This document shows positions 27,873 to 35,943 of a stretch of DNA of 64,000 nucleotides, piece by piece. Position numbers and translations under genes: made by a program. The DNA comes from an uncultured Spirochaetales bacterium. GTDB taxonomy: Bacteria > Spirochaetota > Spirochaetia > CAZAKE01. Location: contig CAZAKE010000001.1 of NCBI GenBank assembly GCA_964485495.1, positions 7,906 to 71,905 on the forward strand, written 5' to 3'. Position 1 is the first letter of the stretch. Each line of letters starts with the position of its first letter. The notes under the pieces were generated by a model. The model had not been told where the DNA came from, did no database searches, and saw only the letters and a list, made by a program, of their open reading frames with translations.

Positions 27873-29224
27873 TCGAACCTCAACACCTCCGCCGGGCTTA
27901 TCACGACAACCCGCCGAGAGGCGATGCGAGCCGCAGTAACCGACGATGCAAACGCGAATGCGAATATGGCCGCCGTTTCGGGAAGGAGCACTCTGACGGG
28001 TACCTCCATGGCATTGAAAATAGACGGGATCAGAGTACCCATCCGTTGCCCCCCCCCACTCGTCACGACTGAAGATACCGTGTATGCGAAATCGACGAGT
28101 CGGTTGATGATGCGATCGGCTATTTGTAGGATCGTGTTGATCTTCGCGGACACGAGCAGGCCCATCATGGTTCCCAACGTGGAACCTACCAGACCCACCA
28201 GAACTCCACTCATCGTGAAGATACCGCGGATCTGCCGTGGAGAGGCGCCGAGGGAGCGGAGAACCCCTATCTCCTCCTGTCGTTCCCGCACCTCCCTCCG
28301 GAGGGCATGATAGATGTTCACCCCGACCACTACGAATATCAAGCCGACGAGTACCATCATGGTGACTTTTTCTGTTCTGAGGGCCCCGAAGAAGGACCTA
28401 TTGAAATCGCGCCACGACTCACACGCTGCGAGGATCGCCTCGGTATCGAATCCCCGCCGTCCGAGATACTCCAAAATCACATTCATGCCTCTGATATCCC
28501 GATCCTTGTCCGTGAGTTTGATTCCCCAGAAAAGGTCGTCGATCCCGGAAGCCATGGAGAGTCCGGTCTCCAGCGGTACGAAGGCCATGGCTGAATTGAA
28601 TTCATACGTTTCGCTCCGGAAAACACCGGCGAGTCGGAGCCGGGTAACCGATGGATTCAATGCGAGCCCCGATCCCTTCGCCAGTGAGAGGACGGTGATC
28701 TCCTCTCCCACTGCGGTTCCCAGAGTTATCGCCAGATCGGCGCCGAGGATCACGGATCCTACAGCCAGATCACCGACCATCGAGGCGGAAATTCCGAGTC
28801 GTTGGAGAAATTCGCGATCACCGGAGGCGATCCGGGTATCGATCCCGCGAACCATCACCGGCCGCAGTCCCGAGTATTCGCCGTTTGCTAAGGTTTGTAC
28901 ATCGACACATGGCACGGCAATCCTGATTCCCGGCAATTCAGCCATGGACTCGACTTCCTCACGCAGTCGAAGCGGTTCCGATCCGTCGTTCACTCCAGAT
29001 TGGAGATTGGAGAGGAGTGACGGCGTAATTCGGATATGATACGACTCTATCTCCAAGATGTCTTCGATGAAAGCGAGCTGGAACCCGTTCATTACGGCCA
29101 TCACCGATATCAACGCCATCACCCCCACGGTGATACCGACTACCGAGAGTATCGTCGGAGAAAACCGCTGCTCCTGCCTCCTGCCCACGAAGTGACGCAC
29201 CGCGATAAACCAGGTCCAATTCAC
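27869..29224 (-). CDS. Lipoprotein-releasing ABC transporter permease (LolC/LolE, FtsX family)
   Basis: LISVMAVMNGF, SWRDFNRSFFGALRTEK, EEIGVLRSLGASP, PAEVLRFE. Confidence 0.92.
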   Translation of the reverse strand: MNWTWFIAVRHFVGRRQEQRFSPTILSVVGITVGVMALISVMAVMNGFQLAFIEDILEIESYHIRITPSLLSNLQSGVNDGSEPLRLREEVESMAELPGIRIAVPCVDVQTLANGEYSGLRPVMVRGIDTRIASGDREFLQRLGISASMVGDLAVGSVILGADLAITLGTAVGEEITVLSLAKGSGLALNPSVTRLRLAGVFRSETYEFNSAMAFVPLETGLSMASGIDDLFWGIKLTDKDRDIRGMNVILEYLGRRGFDTEAILAACESWRDFNRSFFGALRTEKVTMMVLVGLIFVVVGVNIYHALRREVRERQEEIGVLRSLGASPRQIRGIFTMSGVLVGLVGSTLGTMMGLLVSAKINTILQIADRIINRLVDFAYTVSSVVTSGGGQRMGTLIPSIFNAMEVPVRVLLPETAAIFAFAFASSVTAARIASRRVVVISPAEVLRFE

Positions 29225-30264
29225 GATCCGCCTCCGGTTCTCCCGAAGGCGGGGATAAACTCCTCTTTACTGCGCTGTTCGTCTTCATAGTACACCTTGA
29301 GAAAGATTCGCCCCTCCCGGTAGATCTCCTCCGTATAGGAGTTCTCTCCGGTGTAGACAGTATTCATGATCATCTCGCCGTCCCGCAGGTACCGCTCCGC
29401 CGTGAGTTCGTCACCCTCATATACATATTCCCATCGTTCGGTTGTGCCGGGTGATCGTGCCGTCTTTGCTACCTGTTTTCCGTCCTGGTACTCGTATCTG
29501 ACCTTCAACTGTCCGTCCGGGCCCGTCCCGCTCTCCTGAACGATATTGCCGGATTCATCATACTGCCGCTCCACCACCGTTCCAGTAACGAAATCGGTCT
29601 CAACCGCACGTTTCGGATTGTATGAGAGGATCTCGGATCGGTATAGGAGGGCCCCCTCCCGCCATTTCTCTTCCGCCATGGGTCCTTCGGAACCGAAGCG
29701 AAATACCGTCGAGGCTTCCTCGTCTCCATGCCACTCCCCGACGAGATCCACTCCCGAGAAGGTATACGCCGACACATCCCGGCCGCCTGCCGCATAGGTC
29801 CTGATGAGTCGCAGGAGTCGCCCGGTTCCATCTCGGACGTACGCATCTTCATAGACCTTCCCCGCCTCGTCATAGGCGACGATCTTCCGGAGCACGTCAC
29901 CGGTGTACCGGTACTCGAACCGTACTTCCAGCGAGCCGTACCGAAACAACTCTTCGGCGATAAGACGGCCCTCCTCGTAGGTTTCCACCGTTACGGGGGT
30001 ATCCCCCTCGAATGATTCGACGATGCGCCTCCTGCCCAGCACCGTCGATCGCCATCGCCTCACCGCTTCTCCGTCCTCGTAGAGGGTGCGGAGTGCAGTG
30101 CCGTCGGTCTTCTCGATGGTGAGAACGTACTGAAACTCGTCGGTCCGGTATTTCGAAATTTCGGCCAGCGGCATTCCCAGAGAGTTGGAACGGAAGAAGG
30201 TCTCCTCGGCGGTGAAAACACCGCAGATGAGACAACCCAGGATGATCCACCATACTCGTCTCAA
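29221..30264 (-). CDS. Exported hypothetical protein with repetitive Tyr/Gly/Glu beta-strand motifs (YwqK/MORN/RHS-like)
   Basis: Signal peptide followed by repeated units such as ETYEEGRL, FEYRYTGDVL, YEYQDGK, YVYEGDEL. GTGA overlaps on both sides. Confidence 0.7.
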   Translation of the reverse strand: MRRVWWIILGCLICGVFTAEETFFRSNSLGMPLAEISKYRTDEFQYVLTIEKTDGTALRTLYEDGEAVRRWRSTVLGRRRIVESFEGDTPVTVETYEEGRLIAEELFRYGSLEVRFEYRYTGDVLRKIVAYDEAGKVYEDAYVRDGTGRLLRLIRTYAAGGRDVSAYTFSGVDLVGEWHGDEEASTVFRFGSEGPMAEEKWREGALLYRSEILSYNPKRAVETDFVTGTVVERQYDESGNIVQESGTGPDGQLKVRYEYQDGKQVAKTARSPGTTERWEYVYEGDELTAERYLRDGEMIMNTVYTGENSYTEEIYREGRIFLKVYYEDEQRSKEEFIPAFGRTGGGS

Positions 30265-31130
30265 TCCGTTTCTCCGAAGAGTTGCTCCAGGAAGTGCTCG
30301 CTGTCGAACCGCCGCAGATCTTCGTACCCTTCGCCGGTTCCAACGAACGCAAACGGCAGCTTCAACTCCTTACAGATGGAGATGATGCTGCCACCCTTGG
30401 CGGCTGAGTCGAATTTGCTCAAGATCACCGCATCGACACCGATTGCTTCGTTGAACACCTCCGCCTGCCGATATCCGTTCAGACCGGTAGTCGCGTCGAT
30501 TACCAACAGTTTCTTGTAAACGCCGCCGATCCGCTTCCCGCCGATCACCTTGTCGATCTTCTGCAACTCTCGAACGAGATTCGCCTTGTTGTGCATCCTG
30601 CCGGCGGTGTCGGCGAAGATGAGTCCCCGTCCCTCGGTCAATACACTGGTAACGGCATCAAACACCACCGCCCCGGGGTCCGAGCCCGGCTCCTGTCGGT
30701 AGGTCCTGATCCCGAGTCGGTCGCCGTGTATCGACAGCTGATCGATGGCCGCCGCGCGGAACGTGTCGGCGGCTGCCAAATACACCGGTACGTCGTACTC
30801 ACGCCTGTACAGGCCGGCGAGCTTTGCGATGGTGGTCGTCTTTCCGACGCCGTTGACCCCGAGAACCAGAAAGACGTTGACCGTGTCGGGATCGACATCG
30901 ATGGTAGTGGAGACGAGATGTTCGGCTATGATATCCCGCAAGGATTCGATCATCTCGTCCCGACCGGCTCCGGCCCCCCTTCCCGCCTGTCTGAACTCGT
31001 CTACGATGGTGGTCGCCGTGATGGGACCCATATCCGCCTCTACGAGTAGGTCTTCCATCTCCTCGTACAGCTCTTCGCGTTCCCGATTTCCCCCAAACAG
31101 TCGTGAAAACCGTTCTCTGATGCTTCTCAT
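30261..31130 (-). CDS. ftsY: Signal recognition particle receptor FtsY (NG domain only)
   Basis: GVNGVGKTTT, AADTFRAAA, DTAGR, DATTG, KFDSAAKGG, GTGE. Confidence 0.96.
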   Translation of the reverse strand: MRSIRERFSRLFGGNREREELYEEMEDLLVEADMGPITATTIVDEFRQAGRGAGAGRDEMIESLRDIIAEHLVSTTIDVDPDTVNVFLVLGVNGVGKTTTIAKLAGLYRREYDVPVYLAAADTFRAAAIDQLSIHGDRLGIRTYRQEPGSDPGAVVFDAVTSVLTEGRGLIFADTAGRMHNKANLVRELQKIDKVIGGKRIGGVYKKLLVIDATTGLNGYRQAEVFNEAIGVDAVILSKFDSAAKGGSIISICKELKLPFAFVGTGEGYEDLRRFDSEHFLEQLFGETD

Positions 31131-31196
31131 GTAGCTCCTCTCGCGTGGTGTATGATTCGTCTATCTATCAATCCGCTTCGTCCTGTTTGCACCTCG

Positions 31197-32633
31197 TTAT
31201 CTGTCCGAGGCCTGAACATATTCGACCAGCCGAACCACCGAATTGACGAACAAGGTCACGTTGAGAAACACCCCGCCGATAAACCCCGCGACGGTACTCA
31301 GCGAGACGTTCCAAAGCCGCAGCTGTTCATCGCCTTCCGCCTGCCGCGCGGCGGTGAGGTAATCGGACTGTACGGAGTACAGAACGAGACTCGCCGGAAT
31401 GGAGAGGGCGAACGCGGCGAGCGAGCCATAGAATGCATCCCTGGTCCGCTCGCGGTACGGTTCGGTCACCGTTAGCGCCGGTTTCAGATCGATGGCGATA
31501 GGGTTCTCTATCTCGGGATTCAGGAAGATCGCCCTCTCCTCGTATCCCTCCAACCGCAGGGTTGCCTGACTGATGTTTCCGTCATAGGGAATGAGGGCCG
31601 GAGTAGTTCCCTGAAAGAGCGAGCTCAGGAATATTGAGGCTCCCTGCGGCCGACTCCTGAAAAGAATTTCACGAACATCGGCCTGCTCGAGGGTGAATTC
31701 CTCCCGGAGTCTCTCGTATGGACCTACAGCGATCATTCGGGACGCTGTTGTATACCCCGGCGCCGACACCTCCACGAGATACTCACCGGGTTGGATGAGT
31801 CTCAGATCGGCGCTGCCGCTGCCTCGGGATGTTCCGTTGATGGCGATCTCGGCGGTTGGTGGCGTGACAAGCAACGAAAGCCCGGCCCAGGGACGGCCGA
31901 GTAGTAGTTCGGCTATCTGATTTCTCGGAGTCACGAGTCTCTCCGCGATCCCCTCGATCGATGCGGCATCGCTGTAGACGTATATCCGCTCGTTCAAGGC
32001 GGTCATGTAGATCCACACCTCAATGAAGATGAAGCCCTGGATCTCCTCGATACGCCCGGATATCAGGAGATCGAGCTTCTCCGCAGCCGTAAAATCCGCC
32101 TCGAGCCCGTTGGGGAAGGGAAGCAACCTCCGTTCACTATTCCGTTCATGCAGTTCGATGGGCTTCTCTCGGGGCACGGTAATCTCGTCGGGATCCGTCA
32201 ATTCCAACGCCACGATCCCATCGAGTGCGTCCCGTATTCGTTTCTCCGCGGCATCGAGTTTTGCCGTGTCGGTGCCGACCTGAAAGAAGAGTGTATCTCT
32301 CGCCGTATAGAGCGAACCAAGCGATACCTTCCGCTTTCCGATCTCCGTATCGATCAAGGAAGCCTTGTATGCGAGGAGTTCGGGATCGCCGAAGATATGA
32401 TGGTCGCATGTCTCGACCGTCTCGATGATGGAGAGGGGAAAGCTCGAAGAAAGGTATGCATTGGTATCGGACAGGACCGCGTCGAACTCGGTGACTCCCA
32501 CCCGGTAGTTCCCGGACGGATCGCTTGGGAGCGCCGACTGCTCCTCAGCGAAGAGTTTGCTGCATAACCCGATTGTAAGAATCGAGACGAGTCCTCCCAC
32601 CAGAAGGAACCTCGATGCGCACCGTCCCATCAT
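31197..32633 (-). CDS. Exported PEGA-domain protein with C-terminal TM helices
   Basis: Signal peptide; two PEGA-like repeats (VTPPTAEIAING...PGEYLVEVSAPGY and RSRPQGASIFL...GTTP...LEGY); two C-terminal hydrophobic helices. Confidence 0.78.
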   Translation of the reverse strand: MMGRCASRFLLVGGLVSILTIGLCSKLFAEEQSALPSDPSGNYRVGVTEFDAVLSDTNAYLSSSFPLSIIETVETCDHHIFGDPELLAYKASLIDTEIGKRKVSLGSLYTARDTLFFQVGTDTAKLDAAEKRIRDALDGIVALELTDPDEITVPREKPIELHERNSERRLLPFPNGLEADFTAAEKLDLLISGRIEEIQGFIFIEVWIYMTALNERIYVYSDAASIEGIAERLVTPRNQIAELLLGRPWAGLSLLVTPPTAEIAINGTSRGSGSADLRLIQPGEYLVEVSAPGYTTASRMIAVGPYERLREEFTLEQADVREILFRSRPQGASIFLSSLFQGTTPALIPYDGNISQATLRLEGYEERAIFLNPEIENPIAIDLKPALTVTEPYRERTRDAFYGSLAAFALSIPASLVLYSVQSDYLTAARQAEGDEQLRLWNVSLSTVAGFIGGVFLNVTLFVNSVVRLVEYVQASDR

Positions 32634-33007
32634 CGGGGATTCACCGACTTTTCGATGGCCGATAGTATCCGCTCCGGTCTGAACGGCTTCACGATGAAAT
32701 CACGCGCTCCGAGGCGAATGGCCCTGATGATATATTCGCGCTGATCCATCGCCGAACACATGATGACACGGGCCTTCTCGTCCAGGTCCATGATCTTTGC
32801 AAGGGCTGTTATTCCATCGAGGACCGGCATTGTGATGTCCATCAAAACCACGTCCGGCGAAAGCCTTCTATAGGCACGGACGCCCGCACGGCCGTCCGCG
32901 GCTTCGCCCGACACCCTGAATCCATGGCTCTCGATTATCTCCCGGATCGCGGAACGCATGAATTCGAGATCGTCGACGATCAGGACGGAAATGTCCGCTT
33001 TTCTCAT
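32630..33007 (-). CDS. Single-domain response regulator (CheY-like)
   Basis: LIVDD, phospho-acceptor in VLMDITMP, MCSA, FIVKPF. Confidence 0.92.
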   Translation of the reverse strand: MRKADISVLIVDDLEFMRSAIREIIESHGFRVSGEAADGRAGVRAYRRLSPDVVLMDITMPVLDGITALAKIMDLDEKARVIMCSAMDQREYIIRAIRLGARDFIVKPFRPERILSAIEKSVNPR

Positions 33008-33080
33008 CTTCCGGCTGCCGGCTCCTCTCAGACGATCTCGGCGGCTATCGGTGCCACAGGATCGATCTCGATGATGCCCG

Positions 33081-34185
33081 TCAATTCGACTGGGCCCAAT
33101 TCCACTTCAGATAGGCCTCGATGAACCGGTCGATATCTCCGTCCATCACCGCCTGGACGTTACCGGTTTCCGCATCCGTGCGGTGATCCTTCACCATGTT
33201 ATATGGATGGAATACATACGATCGGATCTGATTGCCCCAGGAGATGTCCTTCTTCTCCTGCGCGTGCTTGGCCTGCTCCTCGTCGGCGATCTCCTGATAG
33301 TGCTCATACAACCGGCTCTTGAGTACCTTCATGGCCATGGCTTTGTTCTTGTGCTGGCTGCGCTCGTTCTGACATTGCACCACCATTCCGGTCTCCAGGT
33401 GGGTAATCCTAACGGCGGAATCGGTCTTGTTGACATGCTGACCTCCGGCACCCTGGGCACGGTAGGTGTCGACCCTGATATCGTCAGGCCGTATCTCCAC
33501 CTCGATATCCTCTTCGATGACCGGCGAGACGTACACCGATGCGAAGGAGGTGTGACGTCGCTTATTCGAGTCGAACGGCGAGATCCGTACCAACCTGTGG
33601 ATGCCGGTCTCTCCCTTGAGGTACCCGTAGACCGAATCACCCTGTATCTGCGCCGTCACCGACTTGATGCCCCCCTCGGCCTCCAGCATGTCGAGGATTT
33701 CCATCCGATAGCCGCGGGTTTCAACCCATCGGGTATACATCCGAAGCAGCATCTGAACCCAGTCACACGCCTCGGTGCCGCCGGCCCCGGAATGGATGGT
33801 GAGAAAGGCGTCTCCGGAGTCATACTTGTCGCTCAGGAGCTCCGACAGCCGCAGGCTTCCGTGTTTCCGTTCCAGAGCCTCGAGCAGCTCTTCGACTTCG
33901 GCCAGGGTACCATCGTCGTCCTCCTCAACCGCCAACTGGTAGAGTTGATCGGCCTCCTCAACCTCCCGTCGGATCTCCTTCCATGGTTCTATCCGTTTCT
34001 TCAGGCGGTTCAGCTCCGACAGCACCTCTTCCGCGTTTTCTCGGTCGTTCCAGAAGTTCGGATCCGCGGTCTTGCTCTCCAACTCGGACACCTTGGCCTG
34101 AGTGCTCTCCGGGTCAAAGATGCCTCCATGTTTCTTGTATCTGTTCTTTCAGCGTCTCGAGGGCACCGTGTAATTCCGTACTCAT
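33081..34185 (-). CDS. prfB: Peptide chain release factor 2 with programmed +1 frameshift
   Basis: 23-codon first frame MSTELH...WRHL ends in CTT TGA C (34119-34113); the +1 frame continues DPESTQAKVSELE. SPF and GGQ motifs are present. Confidence 0.97.
34113..34127 (-). other. RF2 autoregulatory frameshift cassette (internal SD GGAGG plus CTT TGA C)
   Basis: Minus strand GGAGG-cat-CTTTGAC, the canonical prfB slippage site. Confidence 0.95.
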
Positions 34186-34194
34186 TATTTCCCT

Positions 34195-34220
34195 CCTACT
34201 CTCAAATCCTACTCTCAAAT
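34195..34220. repeat. 13-bp tandem duplication abutting the prfB SD (core ctactctcaaat x2)
   Basis: Minus strand ATTTGAGAGTAGG x2 immediately before the SD and ATG. Confidence 0.75.
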
Positions 34221-34230
34221 GTTTTCAGGC

Positions 34231-34503
34231 TCAGATATGTACGACCGTACGCCGCCATTTCTTGTTACGCAAGTGCGTTATCACGAGGACATCGTCCATG
34301 GGATATTGGTAGAATCGCACGCTGTCGTAATAATCGGTAATATGATCGATATCCCTCTTGAGTCGCAGCAGCGTCTGATCGGTAATGGTCACCGATTCAT
34401 ACAATCGCTCATGGATCTTCTTGAATCCATATTGAGTCAACATGTTGTCTACGGCTATCTGCTGGTCGTCTGAAGAAAGCTCGGTAGCGACGGCGACGAA
34501 CAT
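34231..34503 (-). CDS. Stand-alone Cas2-like (ferredoxin-fold, Cas2/VapD superfamily) protein, 90 aa
   Basis: MFVAVATELSSDD...LTQYGFKKIHERLYE...DIDHITDYYDSVRFYQYP follows the Cas2 pattern (hydrophobic beta1 plus acid, YGxxxQxSVFE-like, DxxxDSVRxY). The start at 34503 is fixed by its promoter. Confidence 0.75.
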   Translation of the reverse strand: MFVAVATELSSDDQQIAVDNMLTQYGFKKIHERLYESVTITDQTLLRLKRDIDHITDYYDSVRFYQYPMDDVLVITHLRNKKWRRTVVHI

Positions 34504-34510
34504 GGTATCC

Positions 34511-34539
34511 AGTGTAATTATAAGTCCATACACTGTCAA
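34511..34539 (-). promoter_or_regulatory. Consensus leaderless promoter TTGACA-N17-TACACT-N7-ATG
   Basis: -35 at 34539-34534, -10 at 34516-34511, ATG at 34503. Confidence 0.7.
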
Positions 34540-34666
34540 ACCCCCGCCGGAGAGTGCCAAACGTACGAAAATACTATGGACTTTTACCCTTTCGGTCGAA
34601 TAGTATGGTAGATGAGGCGAGTTCGATAGTTCCATTTTGAACCTGCCTCATATGTGGAGATTCGAT

Positions 34667-35920
34667 GTGAGAATTGTGTATACATTTCACGGCATAGTCG
34701 TTTGTGTCCTACTTTGTTTCGCCCCTCTGCTCTGGGCACAAGAGGAAGCCACCGGCGACGTATTCTCCCCCTTCGTATCCCGCCTAAGGGCGCAGGTGGA
34801 GTCGAATACCATCATCCTCTCTTGGAGAGACACCTCCGATGTCGACGGCACCTACCTCGTATACCGTCATACACAGGAGATCGGTCCGGCAAACTTCCAA
34901 CAGGCCGAACTCATCGCAGAGGTCGATTCCGGAACCGAATACTATGTCGATCATCCCTACCTCAGTATTCCCTTCTTCTACGCCGTACTCGCCGAGGATA
35001 CGGATGGTGAATTATACGAATTGTTCATCCCCTTCCGTAACAAGACGGTGAATGGCGTTTCGGTGCAATCGGTAATCAGCGAGGAGGAACGAGTCGCCGA
35101 GATTTCCGATATTTCCACGAAGATCCGGAATGAGTCGATCGTTCTCGGCTTTTCCAACGACAAACTCGACCGCCGGTTGATCGTGTACCGCAATACCGCA
35201 CCCATCTCTTCAATCGACGACATCCTGAAGGCCAATCTGCTGACGACGATTCCGGGTACCGCAAAGGAATTCGTCGATTACCCGGTACCGGGCGTTCCCT
35301 ATTACTACGGTGTTTTCGATGCCGAACAGGTCAAGACCGGCTCGTTCACGTTCAATACCGACCAAAACGTGACGACGGTGCCGGTCGAGATCCCGCTGAC
35401 CGAGACTACCATCGGACTAAATTTCTCCAAGAGTACTACATCACGGTCGAGACCGTTGCCATACCTTCTCCTATCGTCATCGGTAATCAGCGGAGAGGCG
35501 TTGAGCTCACCGATCACCATCACGACTCCGGAACCGAACGTGATGGCACTACCGACGGTGAAGGCGCTCGCCGGCATTCTGAATACCATCGAACCACCGC
35601 CTGAGCCGACACCGCAGCCGGTGATCCTGGCGTATGACACCATTCCCCATACCGGCGGAGAAGAGTATACCCTTGGAACGATCCTTAACCGCGAGTTCAG
35701 ACGGCGTGAGTGGGACGCCACCGAACGGCTGTTGACCAATTTTCTGAGCGTGAAGCGTTCACGCCCCACGGAGAACCGTACCCGGTTTTACTTGGGACAG
35801 GTCTACTTTTTTCAGGAGAAATACCGAGAAGCCTTCTTGGAGTTTCTCCTCGCGGCTGAGACCACGTACGTGGAATCACAAGAATGGCTGGACATCGTCT
35901 TGCAAAAACTCAGACTGTAG
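34667..35920 (+). CDS. Exported protein with two FN3-like repeats and a C-terminal TPR
   Basis: GTG start with SD GGAG and a signal peptide; two homologous units (IILSW...YLVYR...YYVD...FYAV and IVLGF...LIVYR...FVDYP...YYGV); TPR RFYLGQVYFFQEKYREA. Confidence 0.7.
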   Translation: MRIVYTFHGIVVCVLLCFAPLLWAQEEATGDVFSPFVSRLRAQVESNTIILSWRDTSDVDGTYLVYRHTQEIGPANFQQAELIAEVDSGTEYYVDHPYLSIPFFYAVLAEDTDGELYELFIPFRNKTVNGVSVQSVISEEERVAEISDISTKIRNESIVLGFSNDKLDRRLIVYRNTAPISSIDDILKANLLTTIPGTAKEFVDYPVPGVPYYYGVFDAEQVKTGSFTFNTDQNVTTVPVEIPLTETTIGLNFSKSTTSRSRPLPYLLLSSSVISGEALSSPITITTPEPNVMALPTVKALAGILNTIEPPPEPTPQPVILAYDTIPHTGGEEYTLGTILNREFRRREWDATERLLTNFLSVKRSRPTENRTRFYLGQVYFFQEKYREAFLEFLLAAETTYVESQEWLDIVLQKLRL

Positions 35921-35943
35921 AGGTTCTTTCGAAGTCGACAGGC

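Noticed and set aside
33081-34185. prfB as a pseudogene (in-frame stop at codon 24)
   Set aside because: The stop is the canonical CTT-TGA-C programmed frameshift with an internal SD.
33183-34340. 385-aa plus-strand ORF
   Set aside because: Antisense to prfB; no start signals or domain motifs.
34100-34700. CRISPR array near the cas2-like gene
   Set aside because: No repeats of 23-47 bp with unique spacers here or elsewhere; the only repeats are 12-18 bp and contiguous.
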